DNA from: Deferribacterales bacterium | Lineage (GTDB): Bacteria; Chrysiogenota; Deferribacteres; Deferribacterales; Geovibrionaceae | Length of the DNA stretch: 19,786 nucleotides | Direction of reading: 5' to 3' | NCBI GenBank assembly: GCA_050251945.1 | Contig: JBFWLW010000021.1 | Coordinates: 1 to 19,786, forward strand | Part shown: in pieces, positions 7,206-16,226 of the stretch | How positions within the stretch are numbered: position 1 is the first letter of the stretch | Layout of the letters: the number at the start of each line of letters is the position of its first letter | Made by a program: the position numbers and the translations under genes | The notes under the pieces: generated by a model | Database searches by the model: none | Told to the model about the DNA's origin: nothing | What the model saw: only the letters and a program-made list of their open reading frames with translations

Positions 7206-8937
7206 TACTTTCCTGCCTGTAACACAGGAAGAAATCTCTCAGCTCGGCTGGGACAGACCGGACGTAATACTTGTCTCCGGTGATACATATCTCGACAGCC
7301 CGTACAACGGAACAGCAATAATAGGCAGACTGCTGACAGAGGCAGGATACCGCACAGCCATAATCGCACAGCCTGACATGGATACAAATGATATAGCGCG
7401 TCTGGGCGAACCGAGGCTCTTCTGGGGTGTGTCCTCGGGGTGTGTCGATTCGATGGTGGCAAACTACACGGCATCCATGAAAAAACGCCGGACTGACGAC
7501 TTTACCCCCGGCGGCGAAAACACCAAACGCCCTGACAGAGCCGTCTTAGCATATACAAACCTTATCCGCAGACATTTCAAAAATACCGTTCCCATCGTTA
7601 TCGGCGGCATAGAGGCGAGCCTGCGCAGAGTGACCCATTACGATTTCTGGTCGGATAACCTGCGTAAATCAATCCTTTTCGACGCAAAAGCGGACTATCT
7701 TGTCTACGGAATGGGCGAAAAATCAATTTTTGAGCTTGCGGAAGCACTTAAAAACGGACAGGAAACCAAAGGCATCAGAGGACTTTGCTACATTGCCAAA
7801 GAGATACCCAGGGGCTACATAGAACTGCCGTCCCACGAAGACTGCGCGGCGAACAAAGATATGTTCACGCGAATGTTCCACACATTCTATAAGAATAACG
7901 ACCCTATAACCGCAAAAGGGCTTGCGCAAAAGATCGACAGCAGATATCTGGTGCAGAACCCGCCGTCTGCCACACCTTCGCGCACTGAGATGAACAGCTA
8001 TTACGAGCTGCCCTACACCTATAAAGTGCACCCATTCTATGCCAAACAAGGACTGGTGAGAGCGCTTGATACTATTAAAAACTCTATCACCACCCACAGA
8101 GGCTGTTACGGCGAGTGCAACTTCTGCGCAATTGCCGTGCATCAGGGAACGACTATAGCTGAACGTACGGAAGCTTCCATGATTAAGGAAGTAAAAAGAT
8201 TTAAAGACGCAGGCGGCTTCAACGGAATAATAAATGATTTGGGCGGTCCCACTGCGAATATGTATGGCATGGAATGCCGTAAAAAGAAGGATCACGGCAG
8301 ATGCGATAACAAACGCTGCCTCTATCCGCAAAAATGTCCCCAGATGCCCGCGGATCACAGGAAAATAAGCAGCCTGATGAACACGCTGCGCAATATGACT
8401 GGCGTGAAACGTGTGTTCGTTGCGTCCGGTATCCGTTACGATATCATCATGGAAGATAAACAGTTCGGCGGTCAATACCTTGACAACCTTGTGGATTTTC
8501 ATGTGAGCGGACAAATGAAGATAGCTCCCGAACACACTCAGGACAATGTGCTTGGTCTCATGGGCAAGCCGTCCGCCGAGGTACTGAAAAAATTTGTCGC
8601 GGAGTTCCAGAAACGGAATAAAGGCAAAAAACAATTCCTCACCTATTATCTGATAGCGGCTCACCCCGGCTGTACAATAAAGGATATGGGAGACCTTAAA
8701 AGGTTCACCTCAAAACAGCTTCGCATAAACCCCGAACAGGTGCAGATATTTACACCTTTACCGTCAACATATTCCGCGTTGATGTATTACACCGAAAAAG
8801 ACCCGTTCACAGGAAAAGAAATTTTTGTGGAAAAGAACCAGCAGAAGCGGAAAGATCAGAAAGACGCCATAATACCAGCTGAAAAACAGTTCGTACAAAA
8901 AAAGATACAGCAGGTCAAAAAAAGAAAGGGGCGTTAG
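7192..8937 (+). CDS. ygiQ: YgiQ-family (UPF0313) radical SAM protein (ORF track starts at TTG 7141; ATG 7192 is more likely)
   Basis: N-terminal FLP...GWDRPDVILVSGDTYLDSP, GGIEASLRR, radical SAM motif RGCYGECNFC, DLGGPTANMY, APEH, AHPGC, and EQVQIFTP. Confidence 0.9.
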   Translation: MTVNNTFLPVTQEEISQLGWDRPDVILVSGDTYLDSPYNGTAIIGRLLTEAGYRTAIIAQPDMDTNDIARLGEPRLFWGVSSGCVDSMVANYTASMKKRRTDDFTPGGENTKRPDRAVLAYTNLIRRHFKNTVPIVIGGIEASLRRVTHYDFWSDNLRKSILFDAKADYLVYGMGEKSIFELAEALKNGQETKGIRGLCYIAKEIPRGYIELPSHEDCAANKDMFTRMFHTFYKNNDPITAKGLAQKIDSRYLVQNPPSATPSRTEMNSYYELPYTYKVHPFYAKQGLVRALDTIKNSITTHRGCYGECNFCAIAVHQGTTIAERTEASMIKEVKRFKDAGGFNGIINDLGGPTANMYGMECRKKKDHGRCDNKRCLYPQKCPQMPADHRKISSLMNTLRNMTGVKRVFVASGIRYDIIMEDKQFGGQYLDNLVDFHVSGQMKIAPEHTQDNVLGLMGKPSAEVLKKFVAEFQKRNKGKKQFLTYYLIAAHPGCTIKDMGDLKRFTSKQLRINPEQVQIFTPLPSTYSALMYYTEKDPFTGKEIFVEKNQQKRKDQKDAIIPAEKQFVQKKIQQVKKRKGR

Positions 8938-8942
8938 CCCCC

Positions 8943-9082
8943 CAGACTGATGACAAAGAGGAGAAAAGACTAGATTGCTTCGCTTCGCTCGCAAAGACGG
9001 AAAGAAAAACCTGTCTCTGCGAGGGCTTTAGCCCGAAGCAGTCTAATGGTTTTGTATGAATCTGTAGTTTGTCAACAACCTG
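8943..9082. mobile_element. MITE-like element (140 bp) with imperfect 15-bp terminal inverted repeats, a 16-bp flanking direct repeat and an internal REP-like doublet
   Basis: Ends cagactgatgacaaa (8943-8957) and tttgtcaacaacctg (9068-9082) match 12/15 as an inverted pair. Flanks aggggcgttagccccc (8927-8942) and aggggcgataaccccc (9083-9098) match 14/16. Internal inverted REP-like units at 8971-9000 and 9011-9045. Confidence 0.75.
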
Positions 9083-9103
9083 AGGGGCGATAACCCCCTC
9101 CTG

Positions 9104-11833
9104 TCAGAATTTTATCTTTAAATTCTCCGTCTTTTCTCCGCGGAGAACCTTCATATCGTATTCTCTGCCCTTATCCGCGTAAAGAAGCTCCAGCTTCAGC
9201 GTTGCAAGGTCTTTTAAATCTACACCGTTAAATGATGTCAGAATGTCGTCTTTCAACACACCGCCCGACTTTGCGGCAGATTTATCCGCAACCTCGACAA
9301 CCTTGAGTTTTCCGTCCTTGTCGTCAAGCCCAACGCCAAGCATGGGCGAAGCGTCGTATTCGCTCTCTGCCGGATAAAGAACGTAATCCGCTATCCCCGG
9401 TCTGTTCTCCTCATCCTGACACACAGCTACGTAGTTCAGCAGGTTCCTGCGGAACAGCCTTTCCGGTATGGACGATCTATAGCGGACATGCCCGTTTCCG
9501 GCTATTATGACCATCAGCCTGTCGGGATTCGCTTTTATATATTTGTCGGCTGAATCCGCCATGGTCTCATCCCACAGAAGCTGAGCCTCGTAAAAGTTTT
9601 CAAAGTCTTTGCCCATCGGGTGCATCGAAAATATGGTTGTAAGGTTCTCCCTGTATGCCCCGTCGGTGTATTCTATGCTGTCCGGTATCTGCTTAAGATC
9701 CTCCGCATCAAGGGATTTTATGCCGCCTGCCGACACTTTTTTGGTTATCTCCTGCGGTGTGTTGAGCGCCACAAGGGGGATACCGTTCTCTCTTGCATAG
9801 CGGAAAATGGGCATATACATGCGGAAGTCGAACTTCCATCGGCTGTAGTATTCAGTGCGGGCAAGCATCTCTTTTTCGGTTATTTTACTTGCGACATAAT
9901 CGTCAAGCGCCTGCTGAAAGGGCTTTTGAACCATCTCAAGTCCAACGGCAACCTTTTTTCCTGCTTCGTTCAGCCTGCGGATGAACTCAAGCTGGTTCTC
10001 GTGATGAGCGTAGCTCGTATGTGATTCGCCCACATAGAATATTTTCGCATATGGATTTTCTTCTATAATGGTTTTGATGCTTATTGCGGACTGCACGCGT
10101 TCCCCCTGTCTGTCGTCGTAAAGGATGAATCTGTTGCCCTGCCATGCCTCTGTCAGTTTAGGGGTCATTCTGCCGTTTTCAAGAGACAGAGAGCTGTATT
10201 TGCCGTAATGACTTGCCCTTGCGATATTCTTTGCCGCTGTTTCAGCGTCTGACGCGTGTATGACATACGTCATTCTGTCTGTATAAAGCGGATGGAGTGA
10301 AGATATCATCTCAAAATCAGACCTGATAACGGGAGCGTTTACGCCGTAATATTTCTTATATGCGGCGTTGTCCCTGTCAAGAAAGATAAGTATTTTATCG
10401 TTATATTGATAAGGATTTACATCGTCACTGTAAACCTCGGCATTACTTATCATCTTCAAAACGCTTTCGTATTTTGTTTTATTCTTTGCGCTCACAAATA
10501 CCGCTTTGGGGTATTTGCCCCAAAGTCCGTAAAATACCGGATAAACCTCTGTCCGGTCAAGCATCCGCGCTGTTTTATACTGCGGGTCGATAACCAGTTC
10601 GTCGGGTCTCTCCTTGGTTTTGATAACTATTTCCTTGTCCTTCGTGTCGATATACTGCGTGCTAAGCGTATCGCCTTTATCTGTTCTGACAACAACTTCC
10701 AAAGGATAGTTAAGGTTTTCATAGCGGTTCTTTATTGTGAACGATGTTTCGTAACCATCCATAACCGCCTTATAGCCCGCCTTGTCAACGTCAAACTCGG
10801 CTATATAATTCTCAGCAAGCCAGCCGTCGAAAAATTTATCAAGTTTTCTGCCGGAAGCGTCCTCAAAACACTTCTGGAGTTCATCCCAGCCTGCCTGTTC
10901 ATATTTGTATCTGCTGTAGATAAGTTTCAGCCCTTTTCCAAAAGCATCGGAACCTATAACATCCTCCAGCATCGAGAAGAACATCATCCCTTTGGAATAA
11001 CCCACCGCCTGTGCGGCTTTCCCGCTGTTATAGCTGAATCCTATCAGGCAATTGCCATCCTCTTTCTGTCTGGCGTTCTGCATGATGTCGATTATCGCCG
11101 ACTTGCGGTACTGCACATCCTTTCCTTCCTGCTTTTCATAAAGTCTGTCTGCAAGGTATGTTGTCAGCCCTTCCGCCCAGTTTCCGTTGCGGTCTGTTTC
11201 AACTGAAACCCCTGCCCACTGGTGCAGAAGTTCGTGACCCAATGAAGTCTTTGTCATGAAAGGCATTGCTACTATCCTGTCTGAAACAAACGTGAGAGAA
11301 ACATGCGCATGACCAACGGGATACGGCACGTCCGCCACGGCAAACCTGCCATAGGGGTATTTCCCGAACATACCTGAATACATGTTCATAAGTTCCTTTA
11401 TCCTGTCGAAATAGGTGTCCGCATACTGCATATTCTCTTTTGAGAAGTAGACAGCAAGCTCAACCCCGTTGAATTTCTCGGTGCGCACCTGCCATTTGTC
11501 GGATATTCCGAGCATCATGCCGTACCTGGCATGTTTCAGAGTGAATTTATAGCCGTATTTTGTTTTTTCGGCTCTGTCGCTCTCGGCGATCGCTGTGTAG
11601 CTTTCGGGAAGGGTCAGTTCAAGGACGTAGCTTGTGTCCTTCGGCTCTCCGAACCAGTCACCGTCAAGGATAAAGGTGCCGTTCATATCCGTAATGGCAC
11701 TTTGGAAGGGTTTTCCGTCCACAGTGCCGGAAATGACCTTTGCCGTCATGTCCGCTTTCGCTTTCACCAGCGTTGCGGCGTTTACAGAAAATACTGATGT
11801 GATTAAAAGAAACATGGATAACAGTCTTTTCAT
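9104..11833 (-). CDS. Exported protein: M1/gluzincin-type metallopeptidase + ChaN-like (EreA/ChaN/TIKI fold) domain + C-terminal PDZ
   Basis: Signal peptide ending in VNA. HELLHQW...NWAEGLTTY zinc motif and YSKG. ChaN-like YVGESHTSYAHHENQL, GLEM, AQLLWDETMA and AGNGH. PDZ: LGVGL...SAAKSGGVLKDDILTSFNG. Confidence 0.8.
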   Translation of the reverse strand: MKRLLSMFLLITSVFSVNAATLVKAKADMTAKVISGTVDGKPFQSAITDMNGTFILDGDWFGEPKDTSYVLELTLPESYTAIAESDRAEKTKYGYKFTLKHARYGMMLGISDKWQVRTEKFNGVELAVYFSKENMQYADTYFDRIKELMNMYSGMFGKYPYGRFAVADVPYPVGHAHVSLTFVSDRIVAMPFMTKTSLGHELLHQWAGVSVETDRNGNWAEGLTTYLADRLYEKQEGKDVQYRKSAIIDIMQNARQKEDGNCLIGFSYNSGKAAQAVGYSKGMMFFSMLEDVIGSDAFGKGLKLIYSRYKYEQAGWDELQKCFEDASGRKLDKFFDGWLAENYIAEFDVDKAGYKAVMDGYETSFTIKNRYENLNYPLEVVVRTDKGDTLSTQYIDTKDKEIVIKTKERPDELVIDPQYKTARMLDRTEVYPVFYGLWGKYPKAVFVSAKNKTKYESVLKMISNAEVYSDDVNPYQYNDKILIFLDRDNAAYKKYYGVNAPVIRSDFEMISSLHPLYTDRMTYVIHASDAETAAKNIARASHYGKYSSLSLENGRMTPKLTEAWQGNRFILYDDRQGERVQSAISIKTIIEENPYAKIFYVGESHTSYAHHENQLEFIRRLNEAGKKVAVGLEMVQKPFQQALDDYVASKITEKEMLARTEYYSRWKFDFRMYMPIFRYARENGIPLVALNTPQEITKKVSAGGIKSLDAEDLKQIPDSIEYTDGAYRENLTTIFSMHPMGKDFENFYEAQLLWDETMADSADKYIKANPDRLMVIIAGNGHVRYRSSIPERLFRRNLLNYVAVCQDEENRPGIADYVLYPAESEYDASPMLGVGLDDKDGKLKVVEVADKSAAKSGGVLKDDILTSFNGVDLKDLATLKLELLYADKGREYDMKVLRGEKTENLKIKF

Positions 11834-11880
11834 CTGCGCCTCGCAATTATATTGGGAATTTGTTGAAAATATGACTTATT

Positions 11881-12849
11881 TTAACCTTTTTGGTTCAGAA
11901 AAAGGAAGCGGTAAAAGTGTACGTCGGAAAGTTTAGCGCTGATGCGTACAGCAAGTGCGATGAAAAGAATTGAAAAAACAGTTCTGAGCAGAAGTATACC
12001 CGAAAGATGCCCGCCGATGGAGACCATAAGTAATGTATCCTCTATCATCGAGTGACAGATGCCCATGAAGGCGAGGCTGAAAAACACGTCCCTGTGGCTG
12101 ATTGTCCCCGAACGTGCCTCGTTTATGATGAGTCCGCCGCCGTATGTAAGCCCCAGCGTAAAGCCGACCATAGTGAGATAAGCCGCCTCTTTGCCGATTC
12201 CCATAAGTTTCATGAGCGGTTCACAGGCGGAGTTTATCAGGTTTATCACGCCGATAACTTTCAGCACCTTCATTATGAATACCAGAAGGGTCACGATGCA
12301 GGCAATATATGCGAGGTTCTGCACCTCACCGAGCGCCCAGCCGGCGACGGATGCGTCAACAGGCGAAGGTTTCAGCAGAATTTTTGCGGGTTGATCAAGC
12401 CACCCGCCATAACTGTATATAAGATTAAGAATTATGCCGAAAATGAGCGCCGAACCGATGCGAAATGCCGCCATCGCCGCGAAACGCGTTCCGGCTTTTT
12501 TCGCTATCTGCACTTCCACAGGAATTGCGTGTGCCATGAGCATCATAGATGCAAGCACTGTCGCCTGCGCAGCCGTCAGCTCCATCTTGCCTGCCAGCGA
12601 AGCGAACACGATGATACCGCCGTATATGTTGGTAAGCAGTGCGGATGCCCATGCAAGCCCCATCTCGCCCGGCAGTCCTGTCAGCACCATGAGGGGCGAC
12701 AAAATCTTTCCCAGCAGGGTCACAAGCCCCAGCATATCCAGTATCTTTATAAGGATCATCATAGGCACAAGTATCCTGAACAATGTTACAAGGATGAAGA
12801 ACGACTCCCTGAAAGTGGATACGAATATGTGCCTTATGCTGTAGATCAT
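11881..12849 (-). CDS. Nucleoside-recognition (Gate) domain integral membrane protein, putative transporter
   Basis: Multiple TM segments with two repeats of the Gate-like pattern (LSPLMVLTGLPGE; CEPLMKLMGIGKE), plus GLTYGGGLI and CHSMIEDT. The start overlaps the ilvA stop (ATGA). Confidence 0.75.
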   Translation of the reverse strand: MIYSIRHIFVSTFRESFFILVTLFRILVPMMILIKILDMLGLVTLLGKILSPLMVLTGLPGEMGLAWASALLTNIYGGIIVFASLAGKMELTAAQATVLASMMLMAHAIPVEVQIAKKAGTRFAAMAAFRIGSALIFGIILNLIYSYGGWLDQPAKILLKPSPVDASVAGWALGEVQNLAYIACIVTLLVFIMKVLKVIGVINLINSACEPLMKLMGIGKEAAYLTMVGFTLGLTYGGGLIINEARSGTISHRDVFFSLAFMGICHSMIEDTLLMVSIGGHLSGILLLRTVFSILFIALAVRISAKLSDVHFYRFLFLNQKG

Positions 12850-14042
12850 ACGATGCGCTCTATCTCATAAAGTGAGCTTAAACGCTTCATTATTCTGTCT
12901 ATGTGATCCTGACCTCTGGTTTCAAGAGAGACGTTCACGCGACTCTGGTTCAGAGGCACGCGCTGGTCGTTGCGTATGTGGGCTATCTGATGGATATTCG
13001 CCTGCAGATTGCTTATCTCCTGTGAAAGAGACGTGAGCGCGCCCGGCACATCCCGAAGGATGATGGATACGGTCATAAACCTGCCCGTTGCCGTCATGCC
13101 GCGGCTGATTATGCGGCTGATGGTGGTGACGTCTATGTTGCCTCCGGAGACCACAAGCACTGTCGTTTTGTCTTTCACATCCACCTTTCCGGCAAGAACA
13201 GCGGCAAGGGGTGCGGCTCCCGCGCCCTCGACAACGAGTTTTGCGCGTTCGATATATTCAAGCACGGCAAGTGCTATCTCGCTTTCGGAGACTGTAACAA
13301 GCTGATCCACACAGTTTTTGCAGGATGCGAAAGTAAGCTCGCCCACCTTTTTCACAGCTATGCCCTCGGCAAAAGTTGCCGAAGTTGAAAGGCTCACCAC
13401 CCTGTCCTCTGACAGACTGCTCACCATTCCCGCCGCCTCTTCCGCCTGCACACCGATAACCTTTATTTTCGGATTGAATTCTTTGACATATTCCGCGATA
13501 CCCGAAATCAGACCGCCGCCGCCCACAGGCACAACTATCTGGTCTATGTCCGGTTTTTCCGCCAGAATCTCATATGCTATCGTACCCTGTCCGGCTATCA
13601 CGTCGCGATCGTCGAACGGATGGATGAAATGCAGTCCGCGTTCTTTGCCTATCTGCACTGCATATTTGTATGCGTCTTCAAAGGACTGCCCGTAGAGTAT
13701 AACTTCAGCTCCGTGGCTCTGAGTGTTTGCCACTTTTACCATCGGAGTGAATTCCGGCATAACTATCACAGCCTTAATACCCAGTGTCTTCGCGCTGAAC
13801 GCCACGCCCTGTGCGTGATTTCCGGCGGATGCGGCGATTATGCCGTCCCTGCACATCTCCTGATTTTTCAGGATGCAGTTGAGCGCACCGCGTATCTTGA
13901 ACGAGCCTGTGCGCTGGAGGTTTTCCAGTTTGAAATAGATATTTGCGCCTGTTATCTCGGAAAAATTGTTGGAGTAGTACAGAGGCAGATATTTGATGTA
14001 GTCTTTTATCCTTTCACGGGATTGCGTAACTTCGTTTAACAT
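12846..14042 (-). CDS. ilvA: Threonine ammonia-lyase (dehydratase), PLP-dependent, with a single C-terminal ACT domain
   Basis: KLENLQRTGSFKIRGA (PLP lysine), ASAGNHAQG, PVGGGGLISG, VVEGAGA, SGGNID, and ACT segment LRDVPGAL. Confidence 0.93.
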   Translation of the reverse strand: MLNEVTQSRERIKDYIKYLPLYYSNNFSEITGANIYFKLENLQRTGSFKIRGALNCILKNQEMCRDGIIAASAGNHAQGVAFSAKTLGIKAVIVMPEFTPMVKVANTQSHGAEVILYGQSFEDAYKYAVQIGKERGLHFIHPFDDRDVIAGQGTIAYEILAEKPDIDQIVVPVGGGGLISGIAEYVKEFNPKIKVIGVQAEEAAGMVSSLSEDRVVSLSTSATFAEGIAVKKVGELTFASCKNCVDQLVTVSESEIALAVLEYIERAKLVVEGAGAAPLAAVLAGKVDVKDKTTVLVVSGGNIDVTTISRIISRGMTATGRFMTVSIILRDVPGALTSLSQEISNLQANIHQIAHIRNDQRVPLNQSRVNVSLETRGQDHIDRIMKRLSSLYEIERIV

Positions 14043-14174
14043 ACAGATATATTAGCCGTTATTGTTACAATTGCAACCACAACTATTGCAACTTTGAAGG
14101 ACATAATAAATCATATGCACTTCTATACAATTTGGTGTAAGATTCCAAGTATATCATAAGAAGGAGTGATCCAT

Positions 14175-14966
14175 ATGAGCGATATATTACCTGATCTGAC
14201 CACATACGCATGGCAGATTGCTTTTGCAATATTAATTCTTGTCATAGGACGTTATGCGGCAAGGTATCTTTCAAAATTTTCCGTCAGGCTGATGGAAAAA
14301 GGAAAAATGGATAAAACACTGTCCAAGTTTCTCTCAGGTATAATCTACTATGTCAGTATGGCTGTTGTTATCATTGCTTCGCTGAATCAGCTGGGCATCG
14401 AAACTACGTCTATCGTAGCCGTACTCGCCACGGCAGGCTTGGCTGTGGGTCTTGCACTTAAGGATTCACTGTCAAACTTTGCGGCGGGCGTTATGATCAT
14501 AACCTTCCGCCCCTTCGTAATAGACAACTTCATCGAGGCGGGCGGCACAACAGGGGTTGTCGAGCAGATAGGTATTTTCACCACGCAGCTTAAAACTCTC
14601 GACAACAAGACAATAATAGTTCCCAACGCATCCATAATCAGCAACACTATAACAAACTACTCCGCCAAGGACACCAGAAGGGTCGACCTCACCATCGGCG
14701 TCAGCTACGGAAGCGATATCAAACTGGTGAAAGCAATACTGAAAGAGATCGTTGAGGCAGACGAACGCGTAATGAAGGATCCCGAACCAACTATCGCCGT
14801 TGCGGAACTCGCGGACAACAGCGTTAATTTCGCGTACAGGCTCTGGGTTAAATCGGACGATTACTGGAATGTATATTTCGATACACTGGAAAACGTTAAG
14901 CTTAAATTCGACGAAAACAGGATATCCATCCCCTTCCCGCAGATGGACGTACATATCACAAAATAA
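14175..14966 (+). CDS. mscS: Small-conductance mechanosensitive channel (ATG 14175 after SD AAGGAG at 14161-14166)
   Basis: AGLAVGLALKDSLSNFAAGVMIITFRPF, IIVPNA, RRVDLTIGVSY, ISIPFPQMDVH. Confidence 0.93.
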   Translation: MSDILPDLTTYAWQIAFAILILVIGRYAARYLSKFSVRLMEKGKMDKTLSKFLSGIIYYVSMAVVIIASLNQLGIETTSIVAVLATAGLAVGLALKDSLSNFAAGVMIITFRPFVIDNFIEAGGTTGVVEQIGIFTTQLKTLDNKTIIVPNASIISNTITNYSAKDTRRVDLTIGVSYGSDIKLVKAILKEIVEADERVMKDPEPTIAVAELADNSVNFAYRLWVKSDDYWNVYFDTLENVKLKFDENRISIPFPQMDVHITK

Positions 14967-14989
14967 CAACGGGGGCTTTCGCCCCCTCA

Positions 14990-15121
14990 CGGATTCTTGT
15001 CAAACTATTAAAACAATGAGACTGCTTCGTCGCTAATGCTCCTCGCAGAGACGGGTTTTGTCTTCGCGAGGAATGAAATGACGAAGCGATCTCGTATTTA
15101 TATGCCTTTGTCATCAGTCTG
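14990..15121. mobile_element. Second MITE-like element of the same family, inserted at a terminator hairpin between the convergent mscS and ccsA genes
   Basis: Right end ctttgtcatcagtctg (15106-15121) is the exact reverse complement of 8943-8958. Degenerate left end cggattcttgtcaaa at 14990-15004. Flanking direct repeat gggctttcgccccct is identical at 14973-14987 and 15125-15139. Internal REP-like doublet at 15018-15054 and 15060-15093. Confidence 0.75.
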
Positions 15122-15122
15122 A

Positions 15123-15150
15123 GCGGGCTTTCGCCCCCTATTCTTTTTTT
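15123..15150 (+). terminator. Intrinsic terminator hairpin; one of the two duplicated copies
   Basis: gcgggc-tttc-gccccc followed by a T-rich tail. A more perfect copy, gggggc-tttc-gccccc, lies at 14971-14986. Confidence 0.6.
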
Positions 15151-16225
15151 ATAAAGCTCCGTATGAGTGGAGTCCGGAAATCAGCAAATTCACACCGATA
15201 TATGTAAATATCGTACATACAAAACCCGCCACAGCAACTGCCGAAGCCTTCGCCCCTGTCCAGTCTTTAACGTATCTGGCGTGGAGGTAAAACGCGTATA
15301 TCAGCCATGTGATGAGCGCCCACGTCTCTTTCGGATCCCATGACCAGTAGCGTCCCCAAGCCTTGTCAGCCCAAACGGCACCGAATATCAGCCCGCCGAC
15401 AGTAAATATGGGGAAGCCCACGGATATCATCTTATATGTGAGTTCCTCCATAACCTTTCCGTTTATGGAGAATCTGTCCATCAGACAGGCAAGTTTTCCG
15501 CCGAAATACCACGAAGCGGCACAGAAAAAGGCATAAACAGCAAATAGAATTGCAAAACCGCCCGCGCCCATATTTTTAAACGTGAAATAAAGCGGTTTGT
15601 ATGCGCCCTCCACAGCCTTCGCTGAGAGAGCGGTCGTAAAATCGCCTATAACGAGCAAAGTGACGAAAACAAACGTGCCCAGCGCCACTGTCCAGAAGAT
15701 ATACACACCGCTTCTGCGCAGAAGTCTCAGCGATGCCAGATGCAGAACCGCCGCCACAAAAGACATTGAAAAAGCCGCATAGGCTATGAAACTCATTGTC
15801 GCGTGCGCCAGAAGCCAGTTGCTTTTAAGAGCGGGAACAAGAGGCTGTATGCCCTTCGCCGCACCGATGGTGTCAACGAAAGCCACCGCCATCCCCGCGA
15901 TAGCCGTGAGGAAAGCGCCCATAAATTTTGTTTTATAACGTCTTTCGATCCAGATATTGCCCGCTATCACACACCATGCGAAAAACAGCAGTGATTCGTA
16001 TAGGTTTGTTATTGGAACCGAGTGGAAAAATCCAAGATGATATGTGTTTGAAAACTCAACCCAGCGCAGAAGAAACGCGGCAGTGTGGCACACAAAACCG
16101 AATATCGCCATCCATGACGCCGTTTTGCCTATCACCTCTTTTTTAAGAATAAGATAAGCAACGTATACCGCCATTGTTACCATGTAGGTAATACTTGCTA
16201 TACCGAATAAAACGGAGCTGTTCAT
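15149..16225 (-). CDS. ccsA: Cytochrome c biogenesis System II heme lyase CcsA/ResC
   Basis: PITNLYESL, LVPALKSNWLLAH, tryptophan-rich WWD domain WADKAWGRYWSWDPKETWALITW, and C-terminal GLHSY. Confidence 0.93.
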   Translation of the reverse strand: MNSSVLFGIASITYMVTMAVYVAYLILKKEVIGKTASWMAIFGFVCHTAAFLLRWVEFSNTYHLGFFHSVPITNLYESLLFFAWCVIAGNIWIERRYKTKFMGAFLTAIAGMAVAFVDTIGAAKGIQPLVPALKSNWLLAHATMSFIAYAAFSMSFVAAVLHLASLRLLRRSGVYIFWTVALGTFVFVTLLVIGDFTTALSAKAVEGAYKPLYFTFKNMGAGGFAILFAVYAFFCAASWYFGGKLACLMDRFSINGKVMEELTYKMISVGFPIFTVGGLIFGAVWADKAWGRYWSWDPKETWALITWLIYAFYLHARYVKDWTGAKASAVAVAGFVCTIFTYIGVNLLISGLHSYGAL

Positions 16226-16226
16226 A

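Noticed and set aside
7723..8664. 313-aa antisense ORF inside ygiQ
   Set aside because: It lies entirely opposite a well-supported gene and has no recognizable motifs, so it is a typical shadow ORF.
10406..12870. Long + strand ORFs 10406-11206 and 12052-12870
   Set aside because: They are antisense to the peptidase and Gate genes and have no family motifs.
14064..14092. Imperfect palindrome and ATTGCAAC repeat between the divergent ilvA and mscS genes
   Set aside because: It is short and AT-rich, matches no motif I can name, and cannot be distinguished from chance.
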